In this document: piece after piece, positions 1 to 7,656 of the stretch
Position numbering within the stretch: the stretch's first letter is position 1
Layout: each line of letters begins with the position of its first letter
Assembly: GCA_944325615.1 (NCBI GenBank)
Contig: CALVAU010000049.1
Location: forward strand, 1 to 34,811
DNA from: Candidatus Gastranaerophilales bacterium
Lineage (GTDB): Bacteria; Cyanobacteriota; Vampirovibrionia; Gastranaerophilales; Gastranaerophilaceae
Reading direction: 5' to 3'
DNA: 34,811 nucleotides
Notes under the pieces: model-generated
Databases searched by the model: none
Seen by the model: only the letters and a program-made list of their open reading frames with translations
Told to the model about the DNA's origin: nothing
Program-made: the position numbers and the translations under genes

Positions 1-45
1 AAGTCTTTTTGCCTGTTCTATAAATTCTTCTCTTATATCTACCAT
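1..45 (-). CDS. hypothetical protein, N-terminal fragment running off the left edge
   Basis: The reverse strand reads AAAGGAGAGAAATAA-ATG GTA GAT ATA AGA GAA GAA TTT... (MVDIREEFIEQAKRL). The ATG is at 45 and the frame stays open to the window edge. GGAG lies 8 nt upstream. The ORF is too short to appear in the ORF track. Confidence 0.35.
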   Translation of the reverse strand, partial: MVDIREEFIEQAKRL

Positions 46-119
46 TTATTTCTCTCCTTTGTCATTTATTGTACCAAAAACAAAAGAAGATAAATAAGAA
101 AATATACAAATATTAAGGA

Positions 120-143
120 AGGCACCGAAAGCTTTCGGTGCCT
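120..143. terminator. 24-nt perfect palindrome, probable terminator after the 151..636 ORF
   Basis: AGGCACCGAAAG/CTTTCGGTGCCT lies immediately 3' of the minus-strand ORF. The U-tract on the minus strand is weak, so strength and direction are uncertain. Confidence 0.45.
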
Positions 144-150
144 AAAAATT

Positions 151-636
151 TTATTTTGTAAGTTCAATATAATCTTTTGTCTCAAAAAATCTGTCCAGTT
201 GTTCGGTCGTGAACCCAAGCATTGTTCCCACTTGCTCTATATAGGGATTTCCTCTGTAAAAATTGTTTGCATTCAATTCTATTTTAAGAGCTTTGATGTC
301 AATAGATGAGGGATTGCCAGATTCACTTAAAGTTTTTTGTTCAACAATTTTTATGAGATCTTCAAAATCCATTCCTTTTACTTTATAAATAGCTCGTTCT
401 ACATCAGCAGCGGTGAGAGATAATTGATTTAGTCGTTCTCTTTCTTTTTGAGCAAGTTCAGCTTCATAATTCGGATTAATTATTACGTTGCCGTTTTCGT
501 CTAAAATTTCATTAGCTTCAAGAGCATATATTGTATCTTCAGTTTCTACAATAAGTCTTTTCTTTTTGTGGTTATGTTCTACAACAAAATCAGCATATTG
601 TTTGTTTGTGTATGGCTTTTCTAATTTGTAACTCAT
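151..636 (-). CDS. phage-associated hypothetical protein in the tail-fibre accessory/chaperone position
   Basis: 161-aa ORF with an AAGGAG SD (rc of 642-647) placed right after the tail-fibre stop, with a 12-nt gap. I recognise no named motif. The function is inferred only from its position downstream of a tail-fibre gene. Confidence 0.55.
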   Translation of the reverse strand: MSYKLEKPYTNKQYADFVVEHNHKKKRLIVETEDTIYALEANEILDENGNVIINPNYEAELAQKERERLNQLSLTAADVERAIYKVKGMDFEDLIKIVEQKTLSESGNPSSIDIKALKIELNANNFYRGNPYIEQVGTMLGFTTEQLDRFFETKDYIELTK

Positions 637-648
637 ATTTTCTCCTTT

Positions 649-1464
649 CTAATATCCGCAAGCACGCCAAAAAGCACCATGTAAACCTATTGTTCTATGT
701 ATTGTAAAATTGGTTTTTGTAATGTTTGGATCTATTTGTGCACCGAAATCGTTGTATGCTTTAATATATTTTCCAGATAACAGAATGTTACAAAACGTGG
801 TGTTAAATGTTTTAGGAAATGTTACAATATCAGGTTCGGTTGCAAGTGTAGTGAAACCTCCTTGTTCTATCCATCCGTCAGACCATACCCTATACCAAGC
901 AGTATCTGAAATATAGTTTTCTATAACAACCGCAGGTCTAGTGCTTGAGGCAGTTGCTTCGTTTGTGGCATTGTCAGATGCCCAGTGTTTTGATAAATAA
1001 CTTGTTGTGACGATTTTGTCAGATTCATCCGAGTAATCTTCTGTATAAGTAGGACAAGTTGCATAACTTATACCATTTGTGTTTCTGATGCACAATTTGC
1101 CTAATTCAGAACCGTCTTCATTTGCTGCTGTAAGCATAGTTTCGTTATACCCAGCTCCGTTTGTCATTCTTAAAGAACCGCAAATTCTTTTAGATGTATT
1201 CATCATAATAATTGCATCTGAGTTTTTGTTATCAGCAACGTTAGGTATGATTATGTTACCACCTGTTGTGTCTTGAATTACAGCAGAATATATCGGTTTA
1301 GTAAATGTTTTTTGACCGGTAAGTGTTGATTCTGTGTTTTCATGAACGGTTGTTGAGTTATTTTCATCTATTTTATCAGCGAGAGCATTAAAATTTGCAT
1401 TTACTTCCTGAGCTTTAGCTTTGGTGCCGGGTGTAAATGAATATGGTATCAAAGAATTTGTCAT
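649..1464 (-). CDS. phage tail-fibre / receptor-binding protein-like
   Basis: The N-terminus PYSFTPGTKAKAQEVNANFNAL is the typical prophage tail-fibre N-terminal motif. The C-terminal WYRVWSDGWIEQGG...FPKTF resembles tail-fibre tip domains. An SD GGAAAGG lies upstream. Confidence 0.7.
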   Translation of the reverse strand: MTNSLIPYSFTPGTKAKAQEVNANFNALADKIDENNSTTVHENTESTLTGQKTFTKPIYSAVIQDTTGGNIIIPNVADNKNSDAIIMMNTSKRICGSLRMTNGAGYNETMLTAANEDGSELGKLCIRNTNGISYATCPTYTEDYSDESDKIVTTSYLSKHWASDNATNEATASSTRPAVVIENYISDTAWYRVWSDGWIEQGGFTTLATEPDIVTFPKTFNTTFCNILLSGKYIKAYNDFGAQIDPNITKTNFTIHRTIGLHGAFWRACGY

Positions 1465-1522
1465 ATATGCCTTTCCGGCAACAACAATGACTATGTTCTT
1501 TGTCTATAAAGCGCAATATACA

Positions 1523-1552
1523 ATTATACTATGTCATTTGAAAAATCGTCAA
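1523..1552 (-). promoter_or_regulatory. sigma70-type promoter for the tail-fibre gene
   Basis: The reverse strand reads TTGACG (1552-1547), an 18-nt spacer, then TATAAT (1528-1523). This sits about 55 nt upstream of the ATG at 1464. Confidence 0.45.
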
Positions 1553-1560
1553 GTGTGGAA

Positions 1561-2406
1561 TTATTTTGAATATGATCCGAAAAATCTGAAAAATGTTGTT
1601 TTTTCTTTAATCTGTTCAACTGTTCTGAAAATTTTAGGATCTTTAATATGACCATCAAAGTTAACGATAAAGTTGTAATCTCCGAAATTAATTTTTGATG
1701 GTCTTGAGACAATGTAGGAAAGATTAATATTATTTTCGTAGAAAATATTCAGAATTTCCATTAATGCACCGGGTTTATTTTCTGTTGCGAAAACTAAAGA
1801 TGTTTTATCGTTTCCTGTAAGCTCAGTTTCAAAATCTCCAATTAATACAAATCTTGTTTGATTAGTTTGGTCATCGTTAATATTTTCTCTTAAAACATTC
1901 AAATTATAGATATCAGCAGTTTTTTTGCTGCCGATTGCTGCGTATGTCAAATTGTAGTTAGCAAGACTTCTTGCTGCTTCAGCTGTGCTTGTAGCTTCGA
2001 TAATATTCAAATTTCTTGGCATTTCATCATGTATAAAATTTTGACATTGAGCAAGAGCTTGTGGATGAGAAATAATACCTGTAATACTGTAAAATTCAGT
2101 AGTTCTTGCCAAAAGACAATGTCTGATAGGCATAATAACTTGTGAGAGCATTCGGATATTCTCATTTTTTGTAAGCATAAGATAATCAAGAGATTCTCTA
2201 ACTGAACCTTCAATTGAATTTTCCAGAGGTAATACACCTAAGGTATTCGGGTTGTCATCTACAAATTCTATTACTTGACGTATTGTTGTCATTTTTTCCG
2301 GATACGCTGTAATTGAATATTTTTCTCTAAAAATATCAGTTGCCATTTCCGAAAAAGAGGCTTCTGGACCTAGGTATGCAATTCTTTGAATGTTTGAAAA
2401 ATCCAT
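1561..2406 (-). CDS. pheA: prephenate dehydratase with C-terminal ACT domain
   Basis: PDT domain start IAYLGPEASFSE, a TRF motif (QTRFVLIG), and a C-terminal ACT-like segment (SLVFATENKPGAL...VSRPSK). Confidence 0.9.
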   Translation of the reverse strand: MDFSNIQRIAYLGPEASFSEMATDIFREKYSITAYPEKMTTIRQVIEFVDDNPNTLGVLPLENSIEGSVRESLDYLMLTKNENIRMLSQVIMPIRHCLLARTTEFYSITGIISHPQALAQCQNFIHDEMPRNLNIIEATSTAEAARSLANYNLTYAAIGSKKTADIYNLNVLRENINDDQTNQTRFVLIGDFETELTGNDKTSLVFATENKPGALMEILNIFYENNINLSYIVSRPSKINFGDYNFIVNFDGHIKDPKIFRTVEQIKEKTTFFRFFGSYSK

Positions 2407-2469
2407 TATTTACTAACTCTCCTGTTTTGAATATAATTATATCAGAGACAGAATAAAAGGGCAATTGAG

Positions 2470-3858
2470 ATGAGTGGAATAAAATTTGGGACAGACGGCT
2501 GGAGAGCAATAGTAGGAGAAGATTTTACTAAAGAAAATGTTATAAAAGTATCAAAAGCAGTCGGAAAATATGTATTTGACAATTTTGGCAAAGAAAAGCT
2601 TATAATTGTGGGCTATGATCCAAGAAACAAAGCTGATGAATTTTCAAAAATATCTGCTGAAGTTTTGGCAGGTTTGGGATTTAGAGTATTGTACAGTGAT
2701 AAAATTTTGCCGACTCCTGTGCTTGCATATAATGCAAAACTTTTGAATGCTTGTGCATTGATGTTCACTGCTTCTCACAACCCGCCTGAGTATCTTGGAA
2801 TAAAGTTCATTCCTGACTATGCCGGTCCTGCAACATCTGATATTACTGATGAAATTGTTTCTAATTTGGATGTAGATTTTGAAAAATTTTCAGATGGTGT
2901 TGTCGAAGGTTATGATTTTAGCAAAGATTATTTTGCTCATATTGAATCTTTAGTGGATATTGAAAAAATTAAAACCCTAAAGACAAATATAATTTTTGAT
3001 GGTCTATATTCTGCAAGTATTGGATATTTTGATGAGTTATTGAAATCTCATGATATAAAGTTTGAAAGCCTTCATATGTTCCACGATCCGAATTTTGGGG
3101 GCGGAATGCCTGAGCCAAAACCTAAGTATATGAAAGAGTTGATTGAGAAAATAAAAAAATCTAAAAATTCTGTCGGATTTGCAAATGACGGTGATGCAGA
3201 CAGGTTCGGGGTAATAAATGAAAACGGTGAATACGTAACCCCAAATGAAATTATATCAATGCTTTTAATTCATTTGAAAAAGAATAAAAACTTAAACGGT
3301 TCAATCGTAAAGACTGTCGGAGCAAGCCTTTTGATGGATAAAACTGCACAAAAGCTCGGTGTAGAAGTAATCGAGACAGCAGTAGGGTTTAAGCACGTGG
3401 GCGAAGCTATGAGAAAATATAATCCGATAATCGGCGGTGAAGAAAGCGGCGGTTTGAGTATTCAAGGGCATATCCCAGAAAAAGACGGTATTCTTGCAAA
3501 CCTTTTGATTTTAGAGATGATGGCGTATTATCAAAAATCATTGACTGATTTGCAAAAAGAATTGTATGACTTTGTCGGATGCAAGTTTTATAACGATAGA
3601 ATAGACCAAAGACTTGAAAATCAGTCAATGGTAAAACCTGTGATTGAAAAGTTTAAAGAATTGTCTAAAATAGGTGATTTTGAAATTATTAAAAAAGATT
3701 TTAAAGACGGAGCAAAACTATATTTAGCTGACAATTCAAGCTGGATTTTAGTTCGTGCAAGCGGAACTGAGCCGTTGTTGAGAATTTATTTTGAAAGTGA
3801 CAGCTTGGATAAGATTGATTATCTAAAGTCAAAAGTTTTGAGTTGTAACATTTTTTAA
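2470..3858 (+). CDS. alpha-D-phosphohexomutase (phosphoglucomutase/phosphomannomutase family)
   Basis: All four family motifs are present: TASHNP (catalytic Ser), DGDADR (Mg), GEESGG (sugar) and RASGTEP (phosphate). Confidence 0.9.
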   Translation: MSGIKFGTDGWRAIVGEDFTKENVIKVSKAVGKYVFDNFGKEKLIIVGYDPRNKADEFSKISAEVLAGLGFRVLYSDKILPTPVLAYNAKLLNACALMFTASHNPPEYLGIKFIPDYAGPATSDITDEIVSNLDVDFEKFSDGVVEGYDFSKDYFAHIESLVDIEKIKTLKTNIIFDGLYSASIGYFDELLKSHDIKFESLHMFHDPNFGGGMPEPKPKYMKELIEKIKKSKNSVGFANDGDADRFGVINENGEYVTPNEIISMLLIHLKKNKNLNGSIVKTVGASLLMDKTAQKLGVEVIETAVGFKHVGEAMRKYNPIIGGEESGGLSIQGHIPEKDGILANLLILEMMAYYQKSLTDLQKELYDFVGCKFYNDRIDQRLENQSMVKPVIEKFKELSKIGDFEIIKKDFKDGAKLYLADNSSWILVRASGTEPLLRIYFESDSLDKIDYLKSKVLSCNIF

Positions 3859-3925
3859 TATAAAAGTAAATTTTTTGTGGCATATAAACTTTATATAAAT
3901 ATGGAATAAACCGAGGAGATTCAAA

Positions 3926-5959
3926 ATGAGTGAAAATGTGCCGCAAATTCAACCTGTAAAAATTAAAATTCAGAAGAACTTAGGCATTTCGCATGCCCTG
4001 AAAAAGTTGGTAGAAGATCAAAAAATGCAGTTGACTGACGGTAAAATTACCGCTAGTGAATGGAATGCTGTATTGGATAAGTTAGTTGAAATTCAACAAA
4101 ATCGCAAAGCTGAAGGTAAGACTTCGATCTTTGGCGGTGGTACCGACAAGACAAGAGCTGGTTGGCACAGTAGTTTTGTAGTGCATCCTGATCAAGAAAT
4201 CGAGTTTACAGCTGATGAGATAGGTTCATTATACAAGGCTATGGGTGCAAGTTTTACAAAGGATTCGACTCCGGTTGAGCCTCCAAAGGGTGATAAACCC
4301 AATGAAACAGGAGGGGGTAACGATGCAGGAAATGATGTTGTAGAAGAAACTCCCGGTCCTAATGATACTGTAATCAAAAATGGTGAATATTATACAAAAG
4401 ATGGTACCAAAGTGAATGCAGGATTTGCAAGAGGTACTCAGCTGGATTTTGAAAGCGGAGCTTCAGCAAGAGTCTGGGAAAAAGGCGATCATGTAGATTA
4501 TGTTGACGAAAACGGAAAAAGAATGGATGTTGTTGAATTTATGAACAAATATCCTGAGGAATATGCAAATACCGTAGGTCAGCAATTTATTAACATGGCA
4601 GGAGAAGAAGCTGTTAAAGGTTTGAATATCAGTCTTATACAAAATGAAGACAACGAAATCAAAGGTGCTGAAATTGAATTAAATGGTAAAAAAGTGAAAA
4701 CCCATACTCCGGTTGTAGCAAGAGCTGTACTTGAAAAGTTTGGAATAAAACCTAAAGAAACAGAAGACGCTCCTGAAACACCTGAGGCTAAACCAGAAAC
4801 TAAGCCGGAGACAAAGCCTGAAAATACTCAGCTTCCTAAGGGTGTAACAGAAGAAGTTAAAACTGATGAAAATGGTAATGAATATACAGCACAAATAAAA
4901 GACGGCAAAGAAATTAAACGTACATATAATGATGATAACGGTACATATACAGTTTCAATAGAATATGGCAATGGCGGTAAAAAGACAAAAGAAGTAGAAA
5001 CTCAATATGATAGCGATAAAACTGACCGTATCAGAGAATATGATAGTGCAGGAAATATGACAAAAGAGACTTTTTATCATGAGGATGGCAAGACAGTATA
5101 TTCAAAATATGACTATGAATATGATGGTGCAGGCAATAAGACAAAAGAGACTTGTACTCGTGGAGATGGAACACTTTCTTATGTAAGCATTTATGAAAAC
5201 GGCAAAGAAAAGACTAAGACTTATTACAAGGAGGATGGCAAGACAGTATATTCAAAATATGACTATGAATATGATAGTGCAGGAAATATGACAAAAGAAA
5301 CTCGTACTCGTGGAGATGAAACACTTAGTCATGTAAGCATTTATGAAAACGGCAAAGAAAAGACCAAGACTTATTACAAGAAGGATGGCAAGACCGTAGG
5401 TGACAGATACGACTATGAATATGATAGTGCAGGAAATATGACAAAAGAAACTCGTACTCGTGGAGATGGAACACTTGAATATGTAAAAACTTATGAAAAC
5501 GATGAAAAAGAATCCGCGACTTATTATGATATGGATGGAAAAACTCCAATAAAAATCATAGAAAACGGGCAATTGAAAATGACGACGATTGCAAGTCATA
5601 AGTATGAGTTTGATGAAAACGGGTTATGTACAAATTCTACACTTGCAAATGCTTTGAAAAATCAAATAAACGGTCCAAGTATTAATAAAAATACTATTGA
5701 ATTACTCAAACAATTAAATACCCAGAATATAATAAAAGTTCTAGCTTCATACTATCAAATAACTAACGAAACTCTACAAGATGCAATATCTAAAGAATGG
5801 GGTTTGAGCGATGAAGAAATACAAATAGCTAAAGATAAGAAAATTAAAGTAAAAGATCTTATTCCTATGCTGATGTCTCAAAGGGCTGAAGAACTTGGCT
5901 TGAGTATCGATTCTGATATGAGTGAATTAGTCACTGCAGATACTAATAAAAGTAAATAA
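3926..5959 (+). CDS. large repeat protein with YD/RHS-like repeats and no signal peptide
   Basis: GAGGAG SD. Contains a PETPEAKPETKPETKPE linker and reiterated YDYEYDSAGNMTKET...YYKEDGKTV units. The N-terminus is hydrophilic. Confidence 0.75.
   Translation: MSENVPQIQPVKIKIQKNLGISHALKKLVEDQKMQLTDGKITASEWNAVLDKLVEIQQNRKAEGKTSIFGGGTDKTRAGWHSSFVVHPDQEIEFTADEIGSLYKAMGASFTKDSTPVEPPKGDKPNETGGGNDAGNDVVEETPGPNDTVIKNGEYYTKDGTKVNAGFARGTQLDFESGASARVWEKGDHVDYVDENGKRMDVVEFMNKYPEEYANTVGQQFINMAGEEAVKGLNISLIQNEDNEIKGAEIELNGKKVKTHTPVVARAVLEKFGIKPKETEDAPETPEAKPETKPETKPENTQLPKGVTEEVKTDENGNEYTAQIKDGKEIKRTYNDDNGTYTVSIEYGNGGKKTKEVETQYDSDKTDRIREYDSAGNMTKETFYHEDGKTVYSKYDYEYDGAGNKTKETCTRGDGTLSYVSIYENGKEKTKTYYKEDGKTVYSKYDYEYDSAGNMTKETRTRGDETLSHVSIYENGKEKTKTYYKKDGKTVGDRYDYEYDSAGNMTKETRTRGDGTLEYVKTYENDEKESATYYDMDGKTPIKIIENGQLKMTTIASHKYEFDENGLCTNSTLANALKNQINGPSINKNTIELLKQLNTQNIIKVLASYYQITNETLQDAISKEWGLSDEEIQIAKDKKIKVKDLIPMLMSQRAEELGLSIDSDMSELVTADTNKSK
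5081..5530 (+). repeat. three tandem copies of a 150-bp (50-aa) coding repeat
   Basis: Units start at 5081, 5231 and 5381 (GAGGATGGCAAGACAGTATATTCAAAATATGACTATGAATATGAT...). They are near-identical at the DNA level. Degenerate copies flank them. Confidence 0.9.
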
Positions 5960-6036
5960 GAATAATTGTTAAACAGCTAAGAAAGAAATTAAGGTGCGTC
6001 AATGAACGCACCTTGATGCAAAATAATTGTTTAAAT

Positions 6037-6082
6037 AAAAAACACAGGTTCTGTGCAATTCAAAACCTGTGTTTTGTTTTTT
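6037..6082. terminator. bidirectional intrinsic terminator between convergent genes
   Basis: Stem AACACAGGTT (6041-6050) pairs with AACCTGTGTT (6064-6073). An A-run lies 5' and TTGTTTTTT lies 3'. Confidence 0.75.
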
Positions 6083-6092
6083 ATAATTTCTA

Positions 6093-6611
6093 TTATCTGC
6101 CGTAAATCATAGCATTGAAAAGTTTTGAGATAGGTGATTGTTTTGCTCTTGCAGCATTGCGTTCATCTTCAAGCTCTTGCAATTTTCCGCCGACAGTTTT
6201 GTATAGTTCTTGCATAGTTGCTTGAGATCTTTCTTCTTCTGTATCAAATTCTGCACGTATTTTTTGCAATTCGCCGTTATCCAAAAATTTTCCGCCACAG
6301 CTGTAACATTCTTCAATTTGAATTGTTCTGTTTGCGCTTGAATAATTTTTTACCATTTTTGATCCGCATACAGGACAAGTTCTAGGTAAGCTCTCATCAA
6401 CTGTTGCAAAAGTCTTTCCTTCAATGGCTTTTAATATTTCATCAATGCTTTCAGCTTTTTCATCAAATTTATTAAATTCTCTATTGTCAAAATATATTCC
6501 GCCGCATCCGTTTAGGCATATATCAACGTTTATACCTTCTTCGGGTACAAAAACTTTTACCATTTCCTTGTTGCAAGCAGGGCATTTTATTGTTTGTAAT
6601 GTGTCAGACAT
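6093..6611 (-). CDS. protein with two TFIIB-type zinc-ribbon modules
   Basis: Two copies of CPxC...C..CGG.(Y/F).D..E: CPACNKEM...CLNGCGGIYFDNREF and CPVCGSKM...CYSCGGKFLDNGEL. AGGAGG SD. Confidence 0.7.
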   Translation of the reverse strand: MSDTLQTIKCPACNKEMVKVFVPEEGINVDICLNGCGGIYFDNREFNKFDEKAESIDEILKAIEGKTFATVDESLPRTCPVCGSKMVKNYSSANRTIQIEECYSCGGKFLDNGELQKIRAEFDTEEERSQATMQELYKTVGGKLQELEDERNAARAKQSPISKLFNAMIYGR

Positions 6612-6640
6612 TCTTAAATCCTCCTAAATTTTTACAAGGA

Positions 6641-6670
6641 TATCTTAATATATTTTAACAATTCTGTCAA
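6641..6670 (-). promoter_or_regulatory. sigma70-type promoter for the zinc-ribbon gene
   Basis: The reverse strand reads TTGACA (6670-6665), an 18-nt spacer, then TAAGAT (6646-6641), followed by AGGAGG and the ATG at 6611. Confidence 0.5.
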
Positions 6671-6671
6671 T

Positions 6672-6700
6672 AAAAAAGCGCCCTGTATTTTACAGGGCGC
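6672..6700 (-). terminator. intrinsic terminator of the 6718..7548 gene
   Basis: GC-rich stem GCGCCCTGTA (6678-6687) pairs with TACAGGGCGC (6691-6700). It is followed on the minus strand by T6 (rc of 6672-6677). Confidence 0.8.
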
Positions 6701-6717
6701 AAAACCTTTTGTTTATA

Positions 6718-7548
6718 TTAGTTTTCTGATGAGTTAGCAAATTCTTCTAAAAGTGTATAAGTTGCATCCCAACCGTTTACGCCGCCTGTTGCTTTGTATT
6801 TTGCAATTTGTTTTGTGCGTTCTTCTTTTTTCTTTGCCTGTTCTTCGTTAAACTTTTTAAGCTGTTTTTCGTTTGAGTTCCTTTTTTTAACGATAGGATC
6901 AGCGTAAGTCAAAAAGTATCTGTATTCATTACAAGCATATCCTGCTTTTACTTTTGAAGGGTAGTTGTAAGTCAGATAATCATAAATATTCATTGCTCTT
7001 TTAGAGTTTGACGGATCACCTTTGATTGATTCCCAAAAGCTTCCCGGCATTTTTGTTACCCATACTACCATAGCAAGCGGGTTGTATCCTGCGTTAATCA
7101 TAAGATCAACACCAGTGATATCAGCTTCCATGTCATCTTTTGATGAAATTTTGTTTTCTGCAAATTCGCTGTTTGCTGCTGTATTTATTATGTTATCTTC
7201 ACTTAGTGTGCTTGCAAGTGCTGCTTTTGCAATGTTTCTGAATTTTTCTTTTGAAACTTGAGCATTCATAATGCGTCCGATTTCGTTTGTAATAACAGCT
7301 GCTACTTCATTGTCATTACCAGCATAAATCAAATCCTGTTTGCTTACTTCAATAACCTTTGATGCAGTAGCGTTTGAATTATCAGATTCTGTATCAACAA
7401 CTTTGAATGTGATAGTTGACGGAAGTCCGTTTTTAGTAACAATTTGTTTTCCTATGACAGGCACTCTTGCTGTAGTATCGTATGCTGCTTGGGCAGGCAA
7501 AATGAATACTAATGCTGAAAATGCAGTCAGTAAAAATTTTTTAATCAT
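6718..7548 (-). CDS. secreted M48-like protein with a degenerate zinc motif (pseudo-peptidase)
   Basis: Signal peptide MIKKFLLTAFSALVFILPAQA. NEVAAVITNEIGRIM occupies the place of ..HEIGH.., and the downstream EADITGVDLMINAGYNP matches the M48 E-x-x-AD...AGYdP region. Confidence 0.65.
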   Translation of the reverse strand: MIKKFLLTAFSALVFILPAQAAYDTTARVPVIGKQIVTKNGLPSTITFKVVDTESDNSNATASKVIEVSKQDLIYAGNDNEVAAVITNEIGRIMNAQVSKEKFRNIAKAALASTLSEDNIINTAANSEFAENKISSKDDMEADITGVDLMINAGYNPLAMVVWVTKMPGSFWESIKGDPSNSKRAMNIYDYLTYNYPSKVKAGYACNEYRYFLTYADPIVKKRNSNEKQLKKFNEEQAKKKEERTKQIAKYKATGGVNGWDATYTLLEEFANSSEN

Positions 7549-7597
7549 ATTCCCTCCTTAATTCGTCAAAAATACACTTTTTGTACCTATTATCTAA

Positions 7598-7626
7598 TTG
7601 AATTCTATCACAAAATATTGTATAAT
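7598..7626 (+). promoter_or_regulatory. sigma70-type promoter of the signalling operon
   Basis: TTGAAT (7598-7603), a 17-nt spacer, then TATAAT (7621-7626). This is about 30 nt upstream of the ATG at 7657. Confidence 0.5.
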
Positions 7627-7656
7627 TGAATTATAGTTTTTTGGTAAGGTGTGGTT

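Noticed and set aside
710-1276. Plus-strand ORFs 710..916 and 1079..1276 inside the tail-fibre gene. The same class occurs elsewhere in the track, for example 2007..2237, 3407..3628, 4192..4377, 4679..4894, 6107..6316, 7022..7261, 8038..8232, 8734..9093, 13 kb, 16538..16765, 20390..20921, 22001..22304, 27583..27912, 32338..32622 and 33237..33551.
   Set aside because: Each lies wholly within a longer ORF that bears recognisable motifs, on the opposite strand or in another frame. Their compositions are low-complexity and rich in Phe, Ile and Leu, as is typical of shadow ORFs in AT-rich DNA. None has an SD.
649-1464. A diversity-generating retroelement target in the tail-fibre C-terminus.
   Set aside because: I saw no reverse transcriptase ORF and noticed no second, template-like copy of the 3' end of this gene in the window. 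A systematic self-alignment was not possible by eye, so this is only provisionally rejected.
1421-1712. ORFs 1421..1651 (+) and 1524..1712 (-) spanning the tail-fibre/pheA junction.
   Set aside because: They overlap the 3' end of pheA and the promoter region. They have no SD and no recognisable motif, and the space is better explained as a 96-nt intergenic promoter region.
5081-5530. A possible CRISPR-like or non-coding repeat array.
   Set aside because: The repeats are contiguous with no unique spacers, 150 bp long, in frame and part of one long ORF. I saw no short repeat-spacer architecture anywhere in the window.
5252-5599. Antisense ORFs 5252..5599 and 5325..5549, which have their own internal repeats.
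   Set aside because: Their periodicity only mirrors the 150-bp coding repeat on the plus strand.
5961-6036. A GC-rich hairpin (AAGGTGCG-N8-CGCACCTT, 5991-6014) flanked by a 10-nt direct repeat AATAATTGTT (5961 and 6022). This could be the footprint of a miniature insertion.
   Set aside because: The direct repeat is short and AT-rich, so it is easily a chance match. No terminal inverted repeats or second copy were noticed in the window. More likely it is an auxiliary 3' stabilising hairpin ahead of the real terminator at 6037-6082.
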